In this document: piece after piece, positions 62,603 through 64,000 of the stretch
How positions within the stretch are numbered: position 1 is the stretch's first letter
Layout: each line of letters opens with the position of its first letter
Origin: an uncultured Thermoleophilia bacterium
GTDB taxonomy: Bacteria > Actinomycetota > Thermoleophilia > Solirubrobacterales > 70-9
Assembly: GCA_963838095.1 (NCBI GenBank)
Contig: CAWIPO010000010.1
Span: 25,423 to 89,422, forward strand
Length of the DNA stretch: 64,000 bases
Direction of reading: 5' to 3'
Notes under the pieces: generated by a model
The model's input: the letters and a program-made list of their open reading frames with translations, nothing else
The model's database searches: none
Told to the model about the DNA's origin: nothing
Program-made: the position numbers and the translations under genes

Positions 62603-63852
62603 GCACTGCCACGGAGGCTGCTCTCGCAGCGGTCGAGGGCCTGTTCGACAACCCGTCGGCCTGGGACGGGGGAACGCTCGAGGCGCTCGAGGCGCAGGGC
62701 AGCCCGCTCCAGGCGCTTGCCCGCGGCTTCCTTCCTCCGCGGCCGCTGAGCCGGGTGGACGAGGACGGCGACGAGGAGCCCTCAATCGCCGCCCGGGTCC
62801 TGTCGCCGCCGCTTCGTGCGGTCGACTTCGCGGTCGAAGCCGCGGCAAACCTGTTCGACCTCACGATCGGCGATTCGAGCACCGACCCGCGACCGAAGCC
62901 GTTCAGCGTCATCGACGACGGCCCGCAGCGGACCGTGCGCCGCTACGAGCCCCGCAGCCGCCCGGTGAGAGGGTCGATCCTGCTGCTGCCGCCGCTCGCC
63001 GGCCCCGCGAGCTGCTTCGACCTCCGTCCCGGGGTCAGCATGGTGGAGTACTTCACCTGGCTCGGCTACCGGACGTACGTCGTCGACTACGGTCCGATCG
63101 GGTTTTCCGACCGCGAGCTCGGGCTCGAGCACTGGGTCGACGACGTGATCCCGAAGGCCCTTCACGCCAGCGCGAAGGACGCCGGCGAGCCGGTGCACAC
63201 TGCGGGGTGGTGCCTGGGAGGGATCATGGGCCTGCTCTCGCTGGCCTCGGACCCGGAGCTCCCGGCCTCGTCGATGTCGCTGGTCGCGAGCCCGTTCGAC
63301 TTCGAGAAGGTCGGACTGCTGAAGCCGATCCGCCAGCTCGGAGAGCTGACCGGCGGAGCGATCGTCACCAACATCTACAAGGCGATGGGCGGAATCCCGG
63401 CGCCGCTGGTCTCAGCCGGCTTTCGCCTGACCGCGATCGACCGCTACCTCACTCGCCCGCTGTTCGTCGCCCGCAACCTCGACAACCGCGAGGCGCTGGT
63501 GCAGATGCGAGCCGTCGACCGCTACATGGCCAAGATGCTCGCCTACCCCGGGCGCTCGATCGGGCAGCTTTACCACCAGTTCTTCTTCGAGGGCGAGCTG
63601 ACGCGGGGCGTCGTCGAGCTCGAGGGACGGACGATCGAGCTGGCCGAGGTGAGGGCTCCGGTGCTCGCCGTAGGTGGCAAGAGCGACGTCCTCGCCCCGG
63701 TGGAGTCGGTTCATCACGTGGAGGAGCTGCTCCCCGGAGCACCGACGGTGAGGCTCGAAGAGGCTCCCGGCGGTCATCTCGGCGTGCTCACCGGGATGGG
63801 CGCACGCAGGTCGACCTGGTCCTACATCCGCGAGTTCATCTCTTCGAACTGA
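62599..63852 (+). CDS. PHA synthase (PhaC)-like alpha/beta hydrolase with a Cys nucleophile box
   Basis: C-terminal 417 aa of ORF 60949..63852. GTG 62599 overlaps the TetR stop (GTGA). It carries GWCLGG, the G-x-C-x-G-G box of PhaC-type enzymes. Confidence 0.8.
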   Translation: MSTATEAALAAVEGLFDNPSAWDGGTLEALEAQGSPLQALARGFLPPRPLSRVDEDGDEEPSIAARVLSPPLRAVDFAVEAAANLFDLTIGDSSTDPRPKPFSVIDDGPQRTVRRYEPRSRPVRGSILLLPPLAGPASCFDLRPGVSMVEYFTWLGYRTYVVDYGPIGFSDRELGLEHWVDDVIPKALHASAKDAGEPVHTAGWCLGGIMGLLSLASDPELPASSMSLVASPFDFEKVGLLKPIRQLGELTGGAIVTNIYKAMGGIPAPLVSAGFRLTAIDRYLTRPLFVARNLDNREALVQMRAVDRYMAKMLAYPGRSIGQLYHQFFFEGELTRGVVELEGRTIELAEVRAPVLAVGGKSDVLAPVESVHHVEELLPGAPTVRLEEAPGGHLGVLTGMGARRSTWSYIREFISSN

Positions 63853-64000
63853 GGTTCGGGCGCTTCGCGCGGACGGGCGCAACCCGGTCCGCGAACCCCG
63901 TCAAAACCTCCGCCACCCGCTGCGGCACCTCGACCTGGGCGCAGTGGCCGACGCGCTCGAGGGTGACCAGCTCGGCATTGGGGAGGGCGTCGAAGACGTG
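63836..64000 (-). CDS. alpha/beta hydrolase, C-terminal fragment (the gene starts beyond the right edge of the window)
   Basis: Manual reverse translation gives HVFDALPNAELVTLERVGHCAQVEVPQRVAEVLTGFADRV..., the typical catalytic-His region. The stop is tentatively placed at 63836..63838. Confidence 0.5.
   Translation of the reverse strand, partial: HVFDALPNAELVTLERVGHCAQVEVPQRVAEVLTGFADRVAPVRAKRPNLSSKR

Noticed and set aside
1-64000. Search for tRNA, rRNA, CRISPR arrays, transposases, integrases, toxin-antitoxin or restriction-modification genes
   Set aside because: None of the intergenic regions of 60 nt or more shows tRNA-like arms or rRNA-like sequence. No repeat-spacer arrays are present, and no ORF carries transposase, integrase, phage, TA or RM signatures. 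The window looks like core chromosome and not a mobile or defence island.

Overview
A 64-kb chromosomal segment with about 70% GC and an Actinobacteria-like gene content (possibly Thermoleophilia or Solirubrobacterales-like, which is inference only). I support about 60 protein-coding genes. I found no rRNA, tRNA, CRISPR array, transposase, integrase or prophage genes. Content from left to right: two c-di-GMP turnover proteins; a Ser/Thr kinase and PP2C pair flanking a secreted beta-helix protein; several lipoproteins; an adenylate cyclase; a CsoR copper operon with its operator; CYTH and CHAD genes; a TetR/MFS pair; an EphD-like fusion plus a Baeyer-Villiger monooxygenase; a four-gene operon holding a prokaryotic pentameric ligand-gated ion channel between two flavin amine oxidases and a secreted lipase; and a large divergent catabolic cluster. 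One arm of that cluster runs choline/ethanolamine-type kinase, dimethylglycine-dehydrogenase-like enzyme, cNMP/CBS/DUF294 sensor, DEDDh exonuclease, FAD oxidase and FGGY kinase. The other arm runs APC permease, GS-like enzyme, gamma-glutamyl hydrolase, ALDH and SDR. The window ends with GATase, MBL, PlsC and a TetR/PhaC-like pair. Three cross-cutting observations: (1) About a dozen genes are frame-disrupted. The disruptions cluster in dense blocks (about 1300-2450, 5470-8250, 54420-54740), while neighbouring genes of 1.7-2.5 kb are intact. This means either local assembly indels or real decay, so every 'pseudogene' call carries that caveat. (2) A roughly 20-nt intergenic motif (CCCTCGGTGCTGCCGTTCGTC) recurs at least 7 times, twice as inverted pairs between convergent genes. 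(3) The long Arg/Pro/Gly-rich ORFs antisense to or out of frame with real genes are high-GC artefacts. Start codons were chosen by eye from RBS, overlap and third-position GC, and are less certain than stops.
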